Program-made: the position numbers and the translations under genes
Source of the DNA: Bacteroidota bacterium
GTDB lineage: Bacteria > Bacteroidota > Bacteroidia > NS11-12g > UBA955
Direction: 5' to 3'
DNA length: 64,000 nt
Assembly: GCA_030833525.1 (NCBI GenBank)
Contig: JAURGZ010000004.1
Location: forward strand, 8,019-72,018
Shown here: positions 28,937-39,302 of the stretch, piece after piece
Layout of the letters: each line of letters begins with the position of its first letter
Numbering within the stretch: the first letter of the stretch is position 1
Notes under the pieces: generated by a model
What the model was told of the DNA's origin: nothing
What the model saw: the letters and a program-made list of their open reading frames with translations, nothing else
Databases searched by the model: none

Positions 28937-29911
28937 TTGCCTGCTAATTTTGTTTGCAATCCATCGATTGTGAACGCATTATCTGCTACTCATTTTGAAT
29001 TCCCCGGCCAAACTGGCTTTTACAAGGGTAAAGTACGCGACGTTTATAGCTTTGAAAACGACCGCATTGCCATTGTGGCTTGCGACCGAATTTCAGCCTT
29101 TGACCACATTTTACCCCGAAGCATTCCCTTTAAGGGTCAAATACTTACGCAAATAGCGGCCCTGTTTTTGGATCAAACCCAAGACATTGTTCTCAATTGG
29201 AAAACAGCGACTCCTGACCCCCAAGTTACGCTGGGCAAAAAATGCGACCCCATACCGGTTGAATTCGTCGTTCGAGGGTACTTGACGGGCCATGCTTGGC
29301 GCGAATACAAAAGCGGGAAGAGGTTGCTCTGTGGTGTGGTCATGCCCGATGGAATGGTGGAAAACCAAGCCTTTCCGCAACCCATTTTAACACCGGCAAC
29401 CAAAGCCGAAACGGGCCATGACGAAGACATCAGTTTCGAAGACATCGTTCGACGTAGAATCGTGGCCGAAGATTTGTTGAACGAGCTCTATCGCATTTCT
29501 TTTCAGCTTTTTCAACGCGGCACAGAAATAGCCGCCGAGCGCGGTCTGATATTGGTTGATACCAAATACGAATTTGGCCTTTGGGAGCAGAAACCCATGC
29601 TCATCGACGAAATTCACACCCCTGATAGCAGTCGTTATTTCTATGCCGATTCATACTCGCGCTGCTTGGAAGAAGGAAACCCCCAGCGCCAGTTGAGCAA
29701 AGAATTCGTGCGCGAATGGTTGATTCAACAAGGCTTTCAAGGACGAGAAAACGATGTGATGCCTGAAATGTCAGATGAGTGGGTCCAAGAAATCTCAGAG
29801 CGCTACCAAGAACTTTATCAAGTCATGACCGGTTCTCCCTTGAACAAGAGGGATTATTCAGGCATTGAACAATCCATACAAACATCCATCATTCAATCCA
29901 TGCATTCATGA
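28937..29911 (+). CDS. purC: Phosphoribosylaminoimidazole-succinocarboxamide synthase
   Basis: SAICAR synthetase motifs (YKGKVRDVY, ILVDTKYEFG). Confidence 0.88.
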   Translation: MPANFVCNPSIVNALSATHFEFPGQTGFYKGKVRDVYSFENDRIAIVACDRISAFDHILPRSIPFKGQILTQIAALFLDQTQDIVLNWKTATPDPQVTLGKKCDPIPVEFVVRGYLTGHAWREYKSGKRLLCGVVMPDGMVENQAFPQPILTPATKAETGHDEDISFEDIVRRRIVAEDLLNELYRISFQLFQRGTEIAAERGLILVDTKYEFGLWEQKPMLIDEIHTPDSSRYFYADSYSRCLEEGNPQRQLSKEFVREWLIQQGFQGRENDVMPEMSDEWVQEISERYQELYQVMTGSPLNKRDYSGIEQSIQTSIIQSMHS

Positions 29912-31749
29912 AAAATACCTTTGGAATCGCAGCAAGTTTGGCCCTAGTAGGCATGGTGCAGTCTCAGACCGTATCGACTTACGCCGGCATTCAATACCAA
30001 GGATCGGGCGAGTACAATGCAACCGCCAACAACAATTTGGACCAGGAATACTTTTCCATGCCCCAATCGCTCGCCTTTGACGCCAACAACCGCATTTGGG
30101 TAACCGACCAACACAATTTGACCATTCTGGATGGAACCGTGAGTCGAAACCGAGGCGGTTACTTGGGTGACCCCAATGAGCCCGGGGGAATCGGCTATGA
30201 CAACGGTACAGGGTCTGTAGCGCGTTTTACCACTCCGGCTGGCGTGGCCGTGCACCCGAGCACGAATGAAGTCTTCATTTGCGACCGCGACAATGGCCTG
30301 ATTCGAAAGGGTAGCAAATATGTAAACTCCACGCAAGGCACCATTTGGAGCACCCACGCTGGTCAATATACCTTTTTGGGTAAACACGCAGATGGTTTCC
30401 TAGCCGACGCGTATTTCAGTTCACCTGAAGACATCGAAATCATGCCCAACGGTGATATGTATATCGTGGATTTCGGCAATGAGTGCATTCGCAAGATTTC
30501 AGGAGGTAGTGTGTACACGGTGGCAGGGAAACCCTTGACGTCTGGCGATGTAGACGGCACCGGTAGCGATGCTCGTTTTTATGCCCCCATGGGAATTTGC
30601 ATTGAATCGAGCAACACCTTGTTGATTGCTGACCGTAACAATAAGAAGATCAAACGCTATACCATTTCTACCGGCAAAGTGGAAACGGTTATTTCCAGCG
30701 GGTTGGATGAACCCACCGATGTGGTATATGCCGAAGGTTCCATTTACGTCATCGATCGTTATTGCATCAAGGTTTGGAACGGCAGCACCCTAAAGGTATT
30801 TGCGGGTAATGCGACCGTTAGCGGATATACCAATGGCAATTTGACCGATGCCCGCTTCCGCAATTTGTCGCATGCGGCTTATCGTTCAAGCGACAAGTCG
30901 ATTTATGTCTGCGATTTGGGAAACAACGTAATACGCCGCGTTCCCTTGGTATTGTCTCCTGTTATTGATTTTTCAGCCAATGCAACAGCAGTAAGCACCA
31001 ATCAAACGGTAGTCTTGACGGCGAATTGCTTCAATACTTCAACCTATGCTTGGACCATCAGCCCCAATACCTACACCTTGCAGGCCGGTTCCACATTGTC
31101 AGACTCCATCGTATATGTTTCCTTCAACAATACCGGCTCATACACAGTTGATTTGAAGGGAAGCAATCCCTCATTTTCAGCCAATCTGACCAAGAATAAC
31201 TACATCAACGTATCTACCATAGCGGGCTCTAAACCCAACGCTGACTTCATGGCTTCGCGCACGCTTACAGCCCCTAATGCAATGGTTCAGTTGATTGATT
31301 TAAGTGCCAACAGTCCCACCACCTATGCCTGGTCCTTCAGTCCCAATACGGTGAATTACCAAGGGGGTACCACATCGGCTAGCCGAAACCCTTCGGTTAC
31401 GTTCTCGGCAGAAGGCAACTATACGGTTTCCCTTACGGCTAGCAATGCCAACGGCTCGAATCAAAAAACCAAAGACGCTTACATCAGTGTACAGTTGAAC
31501 AACGTGGAGCAACCCGTCGTGCTGTACCGTTTGTTCCCCAATCCCAGCATCGGCCCATTCACAATCACTGGTTTTGAGAATGACCAGTTGTTGGAAATGC
31601 ATGCGGTTACAGCACAGGGACAACGCATTGCCTTGCAGCAAACCGCTCCCTGGGAATTTGTTCTCCAAGGCCCCAATGGCTTGTATTACCTGGAAGGAAT
31701 CTTGGCCTCTGGTCACCGTATCAGCTTGCCATTCGTAAAATTGGATTAA
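29908..31749 (+). CDS. Secreted NHL-repeat / PKD-like protein with T9SS type A C-terminal sorting domain
   Basis: Signal peptide; NHL-like repeats; C-terminal LFPNPS...GLYYLEG... Por_Secre_tail-like CTD. Confidence 0.75.
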   Translation: MKNTFGIAASLALVGMVQSQTVSTYAGIQYQGSGEYNATANNNLDQEYFSMPQSLAFDANNRIWVTDQHNLTILDGTVSRNRGGYLGDPNEPGGIGYDNGTGSVARFTTPAGVAVHPSTNEVFICDRDNGLIRKGSKYVNSTQGTIWSTHAGQYTFLGKHADGFLADAYFSSPEDIEIMPNGDMYIVDFGNECIRKISGGSVYTVAGKPLTSGDVDGTGSDARFYAPMGICIESSNTLLIADRNNKKIKRYTISTGKVETVISSGLDEPTDVVYAEGSIYVIDRYCIKVWNGSTLKVFAGNATVSGYTNGNLTDARFRNLSHAAYRSSDKSIYVCDLGNNVIRRVPLVLSPVIDFSANATAVSTNQTVVLTANCFNTSTYAWTISPNTYTLQAGSTLSDSIVYVSFNNTGSYTVDLKGSNPSFSANLTKNNYINVSTIAGSKPNADFMASRTLTAPNAMVQLIDLSANSPTTYAWSFSPNTVNYQGGTTSASRNPSVTFSAEGNYTVSLTASNANGSNQKTKDAYISVQLNNVEQPVVLYRLFPNPSIGPFTITGFENDQLLEMHAVTAQGQRIALQQTAPWEFVLQGPNGLYYLEGILASGHRISLPFVKLD

Positions 31750-31761
31750 GCCCAAAGGCGC

Positions 31762-33588
31762 ATGGGTATTGACCATTTCCAAGAAAAAAGAACTCCCTGG
31801 TCGGAGTTCTTTTTCATTAAGGCCCTCTTTGCATTCGGGGCTCTCTTGGCTTGGCAATGGCTCATGCGTTTGCTGTTTTTAGGGCTAGTAGGAAATCCTG
31901 AACTCTGGTGGGAAACCCAATCCCATGCTTGGAGAATGGATGCTTCCATGGCTTCCTATTGGTTTGCTTTGGGCTTGCTCGCTCTTCTGTTGCCCGGTAA
32001 AGCCCGCATGTGGGGCCTTCGGTTGGGCTTATTTGCCTTGATCAGCAGCGGTTTGTTATTGGCTGTTTCAGATGCTGAATTTTGGGTGCTGTGGGGAAGT
32101 CGATTCAATGCTCAAACGCTGCATTACCTGGCATATCCCCGTGAGTGTTTAGCCTCTTTGAACCTGGGCCAAATGACCGGGATAGCCTTATTGATGTTGA
32201 TTTCAGCATTGGGGGCATATACCATTAGCGCCCGAATGAGCCTGGGGAATTCCACCCCCTGGATTCCTTGGGGACTATCCTTGATTATGGCCTTTTTTCT
32301 GGCCCGCGGTGGCTTCAGCCCAACTCCCTTACAGCCCAGTTCTGTGTATTACAGCACTCATCCTTTGCGCAACGCAGCGGCTACCAACGGTACATGGAAT
32401 TTCTTTTTCATATTGAGTCAGCAGCGCTATAAACCTCAATTGCAAGCTTGGAAAGGGGAGCCTCAGGCACAATTCTATTTTCAACAGGATTCAGGTGCAT
32501 CTCCCATTTGGGTTCAAGCGAATAGACCCCATGTTTTCCTGTTTATTTTGGAAAGTTTCACCGCTCAATTTTCCCAGGTATTCTCTGATGGAAGAGGGCT
32601 TAGAAACGGCAAAAGCGAAATGCCCTTTTTGGATGAACTGGCCTTGCAAGGATTGCGATTTTCCAAAACCTACGCTTGCGGCGATCGAACTGACAAGGGA
32701 CTGGCCGCCATTTTGGCAGGATATCCTGGCCAAATTTGGCAAAGCCTATTGAACGAACCCGAGCGATTTCGCCATCATAGGGGTCTGCCCAGCGTTTTTA
32801 AGGATCACGGCTATCGCACTCATTTCTACTACGGAGGCGATGGTGAATTCTCCAACACCGCTGCTTTTGCACAGGCCATGGGCCTAGATTCCATTCACGA
32901 TGAATCTACCTTTTCAACCCTTTTCAAACGCGACAAATGGGGCCTTGTAGATGCAGATGTGTTGCAATCTTTAGGGTCCAGCATGGGCCGGGTACAGGAT
33001 GCGAATCCTCAATTCATCACTTGGCTCTCCTTGAGTAGCCACGAACCTTATCGTGTGGCTGAATTGGATCCAGGTTTTTCTAGCTCCTGGGATCAAATGG
33101 ACCGCTACCGGGCTTCAGTGCGCTACACTGACGCTTGCCTAAGGTCATTCTTTACCCAATTTCAAAAGGCAGCTTGGTTTCAACAATCCTTATTCATCTT
33201 CATGGCCGACCACGGCCGCGACATCGAAACGGGCTATACCTATGTGGGAGAACCGTCCTTTTTTCAGATTCCTTTTTTCGTTTGGGGGCCGGCTTTAAAA
33301 GAGGAATTCAAGCATCAAGAGACCCGAGGGGTCTTCAGTCAAGCTGACCTCCCCAATACCTTGTTAGCAGGAATGGGATGGGAGATGCTCCACAATCCTT
33401 ATTCACGCAATGCCTTAAAATCGGGCTTTCCCCATGTCGCGATTTGGCACACCGAAGGGAGAATGGGACTCATGGATTCAGGCTCCTTTGTGCAAGGTCA
33501 AATTGAGATGGCTCCAACAATGCCGCAGCAGCGACTGAGAGGAATCGAAAATGATTTGTGGAATCGAATTGAGTCAGGCAAATGGTAA
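31762..33588 (+). CDS. LTA synthase family protein (membrane-anchored sulfatase/phosphoglycerol transferase fold)
   Basis: N-terminal multi-TM region followed by alkaline-phosphatase-superfamily domain (FLFILESFTAQ..., ...SSHEPY). Confidence 0.75.
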   Translation: MGIDHFQEKRTPWSEFFFIKALFAFGALLAWQWLMRLLFLGLVGNPELWWETQSHAWRMDASMASYWFALGLLALLLPGKARMWGLRLGLFALISSGLLLAVSDAEFWVLWGSRFNAQTLHYLAYPRECLASLNLGQMTGIALLMLISALGAYTISARMSLGNSTPWIPWGLSLIMAFFLARGGFSPTPLQPSSVYYSTHPLRNAAATNGTWNFFFILSQQRYKPQLQAWKGEPQAQFYFQQDSGASPIWVQANRPHVFLFILESFTAQFSQVFSDGRGLRNGKSEMPFLDELALQGLRFSKTYACGDRTDKGLAAILAGYPGQIWQSLLNEPERFRHHRGLPSVFKDHGYRTHFYYGGDGEFSNTAAFAQAMGLDSIHDESTFSTLFKRDKWGLVDADVLQSLGSSMGRVQDANPQFITWLSLSSHEPYRVAELDPGFSSSWDQMDRYRASVRYTDACLRSFFTQFQKAAWFQQSLFIFMADHGRDIETGYTYVGEPSFFQIPFFVWGPALKEEFKHQETRGVFSQADLPNTLLAGMGWEMLHNPYSRNALKSGFPHVAIWHTEGRMGLMDSGSFVQGQIEMAPTMPQQRLRGIENDLWNRIESGKW

Positions 33589-33615
33589 AAAAATCGACAT
33601 GTTTCTGTCCATGAA

Positions 33616-33867
33616 TTGTTTGGCATATTTTTTGAAAAGTTCAACAGCGTGAAACGATTCCCGAGAAAAATATGGTTTTTAGCCTTTTTGATTCTGCTGA
33701 ATCTGGTGGGCTACTCGTGGGCCCGTTGTTATTTTCAATCCCGCCCACAATCGCTATCCGAAGAGTATAACGAACGCATACAGTCGGTTAACGCTTCGGC
33801 TTCAATAGGTTACAAATATTTGGAGTTGGGGTTGGAGTTCGTGAAGTTGCTTGCTAAGCAACGATGA
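33616..33867 (+). CDS. Small hypothetical membrane protein
   Basis: 83 aa, one predicted TM (IWFLAFLILLNLVGY); 4-nt overlap with following kinase gene; no recognisable family. Confidence 0.3.
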   Translation: MFGIFFEKFNSVKRFPRKIWFLAFLILLNLVGYSWARCYFQSRPQSLSEEYNERIQSVNASASIGYKYLELGLEFVKLLAKQR

Positions 33868-34919
33868 AATTCGAAGGTCACTTACCGGGCATGTATTGGA
33901 AAGGCGCTCAATGGGCCCTTCGGTACAAAATCCACCATGCATTCTTTTGGTTGCTTGCCGCCATTGTAGGGGCTTGGTTGTTTCGAAATAGCGAAACCCC
34001 GGTAGAGGCTGTATGGCGCATGATGTTGGTACTCAGCGTGCACATGGTGGTTTCTTATGTCAACTTGTATTACTTGGTTCCCAAATTCTTGCGCAAGGGA
34101 GAATATGCCATTTATACCTTGGGCCTGCTATTGACATTGGGCAGTGCTACCTTTCCCATGGCCATTTTGGTGCACACCATCTTGAACGATCAAGACTTGC
34201 AAAGCCTGGTTTGGTCTACCTTCTTCTTGGGTGTTATTGCGTTGAGCTTGTTGTTCACAGTAGCCATTTCGATGGCCTTCAAATTGGTCAAAGATTGGTA
34301 CCAGGAGCAGCGAAAGAGACAAGAATTGGAACAGCTTCAGCTTCAAACGGAGTTGAAATTCTTGAAGAGCCAAATCAATCCTCATTTCTTATTCAATAGC
34401 CTCAACAATATCTATGGGCTGACGCTTTTAAAATCTGACAAAGCCTCAGCTGCCCTGCTCAAGTTATCTGGAATACTGCGCTATGTGTTGCATGATGGGT
34501 CCAAAAACCGGGTTCCATTGGAATCTGAACTTGAACAGTTGGAGAACTATTTTGAGTTGGAAATGCTGCGACTGGCCGACTCGAGCGATTGCCAAATCCA
34601 ACTGCTTCCTCCCGATGAAGAAATGTACATTGAACCCATGTTATTCATGACCTTGTTGGAAAATGCTTTCAAACACGGGCATAAGCAGGGGGGGAGTCCA
34701 CAGGTCTCTTGTCAAGGCCATCCAATCGAGAACGGGTATGTGTTTCGGGTTGAAAACCAAATATCAAAATTGACTTCTCCATCTGTTGAAAAAGGCGGCA
34801 TAGGGCTGGTCAATCTCAAAAAACGATTGGAATTGACCTACTCAGGCCATTACCACTTTCAAACGACCATCACCGACAATCGCTATGGCTGCGAATTGTC
34901 CATAAATCTAAAGGAATAA
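33864..34919 (+). CDS. LytS/YehU-type sensor histidine kinase
   Basis: N-terminal membrane domain; His_kinase motif (SQINPHFLFNSLNNIYGL); HATPase-like C-terminus. Confidence 0.85.
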   Translation: MKFEGHLPGMYWKGAQWALRYKIHHAFFWLLAAIVGAWLFRNSETPVEAVWRMMLVLSVHMVVSYVNLYYLVPKFLRKGEYAIYTLGLLLTLGSATFPMAILVHTILNDQDLQSLVWSTFFLGVIALSLLFTVAISMAFKLVKDWYQEQRKRQELEQLQLQTELKFLKSQINPHFLFNSLNNIYGLTLLKSDKASAALLKLSGILRYVLHDGSKNRVPLESELEQLENYFELEMLRLADSSDCQIQLLPPDEEMYIEPMLFMTLLENAFKHGHKQGGSPQVSCQGHPIENGYVFRVENQISKLTSPSVEKGGIGLVNLKKRLELTYSGHYHFQTTITDNRYGCELSINLKE

Positions 34920-35638
34920 TGAAAAAAATACGCTGCATACTCATTGATGATGAGCCCTTGGCTTTGGATGTTCTCAAAACCCTATTGGCTGAATTCCCAC
35001 AGATTGACATCATTGGCTTGTTCCAAGATCCTCAATCGGCATTGACCTATTGGCAAGAACACGAAGTAGATGTGGTGTTCACTGATATTCACATGCCTAA
35101 CCTCGATGGTCTTAGCTTGATCAAAGAGCGAAAGGCCGCTCAGACTGCAGTCGTATTTACAACCGCGCATTCAGAATTTGCTGCTGAAGCATTCGAATTG
35201 GAAGCTTTGGATTATTTACTAAAGCCCATTTCTCCTGAACGTTTGGCCAAAACCGTACACCGATTGATGGAATTTGCTGAGCTTCGGGGTCAGGCCCAGG
35301 CTTCGGTGCTAGAAGAGGGCTATCTGTTTGTCAAAGTAGATGGGGATCACCAAAAAATTGCCTACAAAGACATTCTCTACGTTGAGGCTTTTGCTGATTA
35401 CGTAAAAATTTGGACTGGGCCTGAAAAACGCTATGTAACCCTTCAGACCATGCGAAAAATGGAGCAAAAATTACCCTCAGATTTGTTCATTCGCACCCAT
35501 CGCAGTTTCATCGTCTCCAAAGACAAAATTGAGTCGATCCAAAGTCAAGCCATTCAGGTTGGTGCCGCGCGCATTCCCGTAGGCAAGAATTACAAAGATT
35601 CCGTGTTGTCATTGCTGAAAGAAAATGGCTTAAAATAG
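34919..35638 (+). CDS. LytTR-family response regulator
   Basis: Receiver domain (ILIDDEPLA...DVVFTDIHMPNLDG) plus C-terminal LytTR DNA-binding domain. Confidence 0.9.
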   Translation: MKKIRCILIDDEPLALDVLKTLLAEFPQIDIIGLFQDPQSALTYWQEHEVDVVFTDIHMPNLDGLSLIKERKAAQTAVVFTTAHSEFAAEAFELEALDYLLKPISPERLAKTVHRLMEFAELRGQAQASVLEEGYLFVKVDGDHQKIAYKDILYVEAFADYVKIWTGPEKRYVTLQTMRKMEQKLPSDLFIRTHRSFIVSKDKIESIQSQAIQVGAARIPVGKNYKDSVLSLLKENGLK

Positions 35639-35681
35639 CGGTTGTAATAAAATTATGACTTCCTTCAAATTGTTGAAATTC

Positions 35682-35733
35682 AATAATTTGATACAAATGC
35701 TTATAATTTTTCTAAATCGAATAAAATAATTTG
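35682..35733. promoter_or_regulatory. Three phased imperfect direct repeats (AATAATTTG / TATAATTTT / AATAATTTG; spacing about 20 and 23 bp) in a 155-nt spacer of about 25% GC; candidate LytTR operator/promoter
   Basis: Repeats at 35682-35690, 35702-35710, 35725-35733 seen directly; LytTR regulators classically bind 9-bp direct repeats with about 21-bp periodicity. Confidence 0.25.
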
Positions 35734-35793
35734 GCCATTCTCAAGTTAATACGCTTGGAAGGGCAGTGATACTGCCCTGTAAAAACAAAAATT

Positions 35794-36120
35794 GTGAGTA
35801 AGCTAGATTACAACAAGATCAAGAATCTTGCAGCCTCAAAGCGAATTCCCATTAAAGAATTGGCTAGGCGTTGTGACTTAAGTGAGCAAGGATTTCATTA
35901 CATGCTAAAAAAACAAACCATGCGGGTAGATACCTTGGAGCGCATTTGTGAGGCGCTTGAGGTTTCACCGTTTGAGTTATTTGGCTCACTGGATGGTAGT
36001 GTAGACAACCCCATGGCCACCATGAGCCAAAATGCGCAGATGTCCAATGAAAGAGCGGAACAGCTCTTGCATAAATTGGACATCATCATCGATTTGCTGC
36101 GTCTACAGAAAATTGGATAA
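35794..36120 (+). CDS. Small XRE-family helix-turn-helix transcriptional regulator
   Basis: 108 aa; HTH_3-like segment (IPIKELARRCDLSEQGFHYMLKK) followed by a helical tail. Confidence 0.65.
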   Translation: MSKLDYNKIKNLAASKRIPIKELARRCDLSEQGFHYMLKKQTMRVDTLERICEALEVSPFELFGSLDGSVDNPMATMSQNAQMSNERAEQLLHKLDIIIDLLRLQKIG

Positions 36121-36123
36121 CCC

Positions 36124-36981
36124 TTAACCGTAGGTATTTCGAGCTACTTCTGCAGCTTTCTCAAAAGCTTCGGTAATCAGGCTATGATCATCCCCTTGGC
36201 TAATCAACCAAGGCAATACCTGTTCGGTAGGCACATTGCCCGTTAGGTCGTCTTTGGCCATGGGGCATCCGCCGAAACCGCCAAAAGCACCTTCGAATCG
36301 CCGACAGCCTGAATCGTAGGCGGTCTTCACTTTTTCCATCCAAGCCTGAGGTTGGGCATGAAAATGAGCTGAAACGTGCAGGTCTGAGTGGCACAAGGAC
36401 TGAAATAGATAGTGAATCGACGAAGGAGAGGCTTGGCCAGTTGTGTCTGCCAACGAAATGTTGCGTATGCCCAACTTCTGAATTTGCCTTACCCATGTCA
36501 GCACCTCTTCTTCGCTGTAGGGTTCTCCATACGGATTGCCAAAACCCATGCTGATGTAGGCAACCACTTCTTTGCCCGCCGCCTTGGCTAAGGCTTGAAT
36601 TTTAGCGAGCCTTATGTAGGCCTCACTGCGGCTTGAATTGGTGTTTCGGCGCTGGAACGCTTCGCTCACGGAAAAGGGAAAGCCTAAATAATCAACGCCG
36701 GGCAGGCTACAGGCTCGCAGCGCCCCCCGAAGATTGGCCACGATGACCAGCAATTTGGTGCGACCTTTATGGGGTGCTATGGCTTGAATCACTTCTGCGC
36801 TATCAGCCATTTGAGGAATGGTAGCCGGGTTCACAAAAGACCCGCAATCAAGAATGTCAAATTGGCATTGCAGGAGCGTTAAACACAATTCGATTTTCGC
36901 TTGGGTAGAAATCGGCCTCTGAATGCCTTGCATGGCATCTCTGGGGCATTCTACATATTCCAAACGAGGATCGAATTCCAT
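36124..36981 (-). CDS. Hydroxymethylglutaryl-CoA lyase
   Basis: HMGL-like TIM-barrel motifs (VECPRDAMQG...; ...DTTGQASP). Confidence 0.85.
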   Translation of the reverse strand: MEFDPRLEYVECPRDAMQGIQRPISTQAKIELCLTLLQCQFDILDCGSFVNPATIPQMADSAEVIQAIAPHKGRTKLLVIVANLRGALRACSLPGVDYLGFPFSVSEAFQRRNTNSSRSEAYIRLAKIQALAKAAGKEVVAYISMGFGNPYGEPYSEEEVLTWVRQIQKLGIRNISLADTTGQASPSSIHYLFQSLCHSDLHVSAHFHAQPQAWMEKVKTAYDSGCRRFEGAFGGFGGCPMAKDDLTGNVPTEQVLPWLISQGDDHSLITEAFEKAAEVARNTYG

Positions 36982-39254
36982 TACAGGTGCTCGAAAAAAT
37001 ACTGCGAAACTTTCTTGTACAAGTGCGCTCGGTCGCGGCCCATTACGTTGTGTTCATGCCCGGGATAAATGAAGTAATCCAAGCCTGTAACTCCCGACTG
37101 AACGCATTTCTCTACAAAGAGTTGGCTGTGTTGCCACAATACCACATTGTCTAATGTACCGTGAATCATCAACAATCGTCCTGCGAGTTTATTTGCATGA
37201 TTGAGCAAGCTGTTGGCGGCGTAACCATCGGGGTTCTCTTGAGGGCGATCCATGTACCGCTCGGTGTACATGATTTCGTAGTAATTCCAGTCGATGACAG
37301 GTCCACCGGCTACCCCAACTTGAAAGGCTCCGGCTTGACGCGTCATGAGAGAGGTGGTCATGAATCCACCAAAACTCCAGCCGTGCACCCCACAGCGATT
37401 GGAATCGACATAGGGCAGGGATTTGAAATGCCGCAACACCGCCAGCTGATCGTTCATCTCGACCAGGCCCAGATTTCGAAAGGTGGCTTGCTCGAAGGCC
37501 AATCCACGATGCGAAGAGCCCCGGTTGTCAACCGTATAGACGATGTAACCGGCTTGCGCCATGTAGTGAAACCAAAGATTGGCTCCACCCAACCAGCGGT
37601 TTTGAATCATTTGAGCATGCGGGCCGCCATACAGGTAACAAACCACCGGGTATTTCTTCGATGGGTCAAAGTCACTGGGGTAAAAAGTGCGGGTATACAG
37701 GATATTGCCCTCGTTTTCCAATTGGCTCATTTCCATGCGGGCCAGCGAATACTCTTGCAAAGGGTTGGCCGCTTCAAAGACCAACAGCGGGGTCTGCACC
37801 GTAGCCGATTCTTTCCAATTGATGGCCTGCACCAGGTAGCTGCGAGGGGTGTTCGTACTGGAAAACATGTCAACAAACATCGATTGAGCAAAATTGCAGG
37901 AGGCAGGCGATACGCTATGTACACCTTGGAATTGGGTGAGCAATACGGGCTTAGAACCTTTGCTGCCCCAATTCCAAGCATATACGTCAACGTTCAACGG
38001 TGAACGCTGTGTGCTCGTATACAACATGGCATTCGCCTGAATGGATGAGCTCGATGCACCCGAAGCAAAGCCCAGAAAGTCCAATACTTCCCAATTGCCT
38101 TGGGTAAGGGGTCGAACAGCCCCTTTGCCGTGCAGGGTTAGATTGAACCCCACAGGCGATGGAGTTAATTCAGTTTTTCCCTTTGAACTATACAACCACA
38201 GGTGGTTATAGCCCGAATATTCAGAGAAAAACAGGAAATCAGTCTGGGAACCGGGCAGGAAATGCAATCCGTGTTCGGGCTCCACGTAGCGAGGGCTGGT
38301 TTGTGTAAACAGGGTTGTGATCAGGGCGCCGGTTTCGCTGTCGTATTGCTTCAACGCGCAAGTGTCTTGGCCTCGGTTCAATGCAAAAACATACACGCTT
38401 TTTTCGTCTGGCGACCAAGTGATGTTGGTCAGGTATTGGTCGTAGGGGCCTTCGGTTTGCAAATAAACCACCTTGGATGATCCGGTCTGGGCAATGCCGA
38501 TGCTCACTGTGTGGCTGGAGTCACCCGCCATGGGATAGGGGATGGACTGGTGTTTGGCAGGTCTTTCATTGAGGTCTACCAAAGGGTAAGGGCTCACCCG
38601 ACCTTCATCCATTCGGTAAAACGCCAAACGATGGCCCGAGGGAGACCAAAACAATCCCTTCTCGATGCCAAATTCATTGCGGTGAACGCTTTGCCCGTAC
38701 ACGATACCGTGGCCACCGTCGGTGGTGAGTATTTGGTCATTCAGGTACAATTGATCATCGAGCACATAGGCTACTGATCGGCCGTTGTCGGTTATTTCCA
38801 AGGCTTGAGTGCCCGCTGGAATGCGAATCCCGGCTTCTTTAGCCTGGGTCTGGATGTTTAAAAATTCAATTCCCGTCTTGGATTGAAACCAAACTTCATT
38901 TTCGTTTAACCAATGAAATGCAGGGAAATAGGGCATCTGAAACCAACTAAAAAAACTGTCAATGGGCAGCAATACAGACTCTGATCCCGATCGGGCATCA
39001 CGGGTTTTCAGGTTTTTAATTTTATCGCTGTAATTCACATAGGCCAGGTTTGGACTGTTGCCTCTCCAGGCCAGGTTTCCCAAGCCTCCAGGATAAAGCG
39101 CTGAGCTGAAACAAGCATTCAAATCCAAGGCTTTTTTACCCTCAGACTGGGCTAAATCGTTCACACGGGTTTGGGCTTGTTCCAAGGATTGGGCTCGCAA
39201 GCCCCCTAAAATGCTCAAACCAAAGGCAAAGGCCGCGATATTCCGGTATTTCAT
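36981..39254 (-). CDS. S9 family peptidase, dipeptidyl-peptidase IV-like
   Basis: ORF 36981..39611, with the likely start at the ATG at 39254 (MKYRNIAAFAFGLSILGGLRAQS signal peptide). It has a beta-propeller N-domain and a catalytic GWSFGG serine motif with the Asp/His triad region (HGTLDNVV...GHEH). Confidence 0.88.
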   Translation of the reverse strand: MKYRNIAAFAFGLSILGGLRAQSLEQAQTRVNDLAQSEGKKALDLNACFSSALYPGGLGNLAWRGNSPNLAYVNYSDKIKNLKTRDARSGSESVLLPIDSFFSWFQMPYFPAFHWLNENEVWFQSKTGIEFLNIQTQAKEAGIRIPAGTQALEITDNGRSVAYVLDDQLYLNDQILTTDGGHGIVYGQSVHRNEFGIEKGLFWSPSGHRLAFYRMDEGRVSPYPLVDLNERPAKHQSIPYPMAGDSSHTVSIGIAQTGSSKVVYLQTEGPYDQYLTNITWSPDEKSVYVFALNRGQDTCALKQYDSETGALITTLFTQTSPRYVEPEHGLHFLPGSQTDFLFFSEYSGYNHLWLYSSKGKTELTPSPVGFNLTLHGKGAVRPLTQGNWEVLDFLGFASGASSSSIQANAMLYTSTQRSPLNVDVYAWNWGSKGSKPVLLTQFQGVHSVSPASCNFAQSMFVDMFSSTNTPRSYLVQAINWKESATVQTPLLVFEAANPLQEYSLARMEMSQLENEGNILYTRTFYPSDFDPSKKYPVVCYLYGGPHAQMIQNRWLGGANLWFHYMAQAGYIVYTVDNRGSSHRGLAFEQATFRNLGLVEMNDQLAVLRHFKSLPYVDSNRCGVHGWSFGGFMTTSLMTRQAGAFQVGVAGGPVIDWNYYEIMYTERYMDRPQENPDGYAANSLLNHANKLAGRLLMIHGTLDNVVLWQHSQLFVEKCVQSGVTGLDYFIYPGHEHNVMGRDRAHLYKKVSQYFFEHL

Positions 39255-39302
39255 GGTGCGTCTTTCAGACATATGCCGCAATTTTGCCCTTAAAATTGAG
39301 CA

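Noticed and set aside
35761-35777. Perfect 7-bp GC hairpin GGGCAGT-GAT-ACTGCCC 17 nt upstream of the small XRE gene
   Set aside because: It is not followed by a U-tract on either strand, so it is not a canonical intrinsic terminator. I keep it only as part of the regulatory-spacer finding.
37161-38003. 280-aa + strand ORF antisense to the S9 peptidase gene
   Set aside because: The translation is low-complexity and unlike a real protein, and it is fully embedded in a strongly supported DPP IV-like gene.
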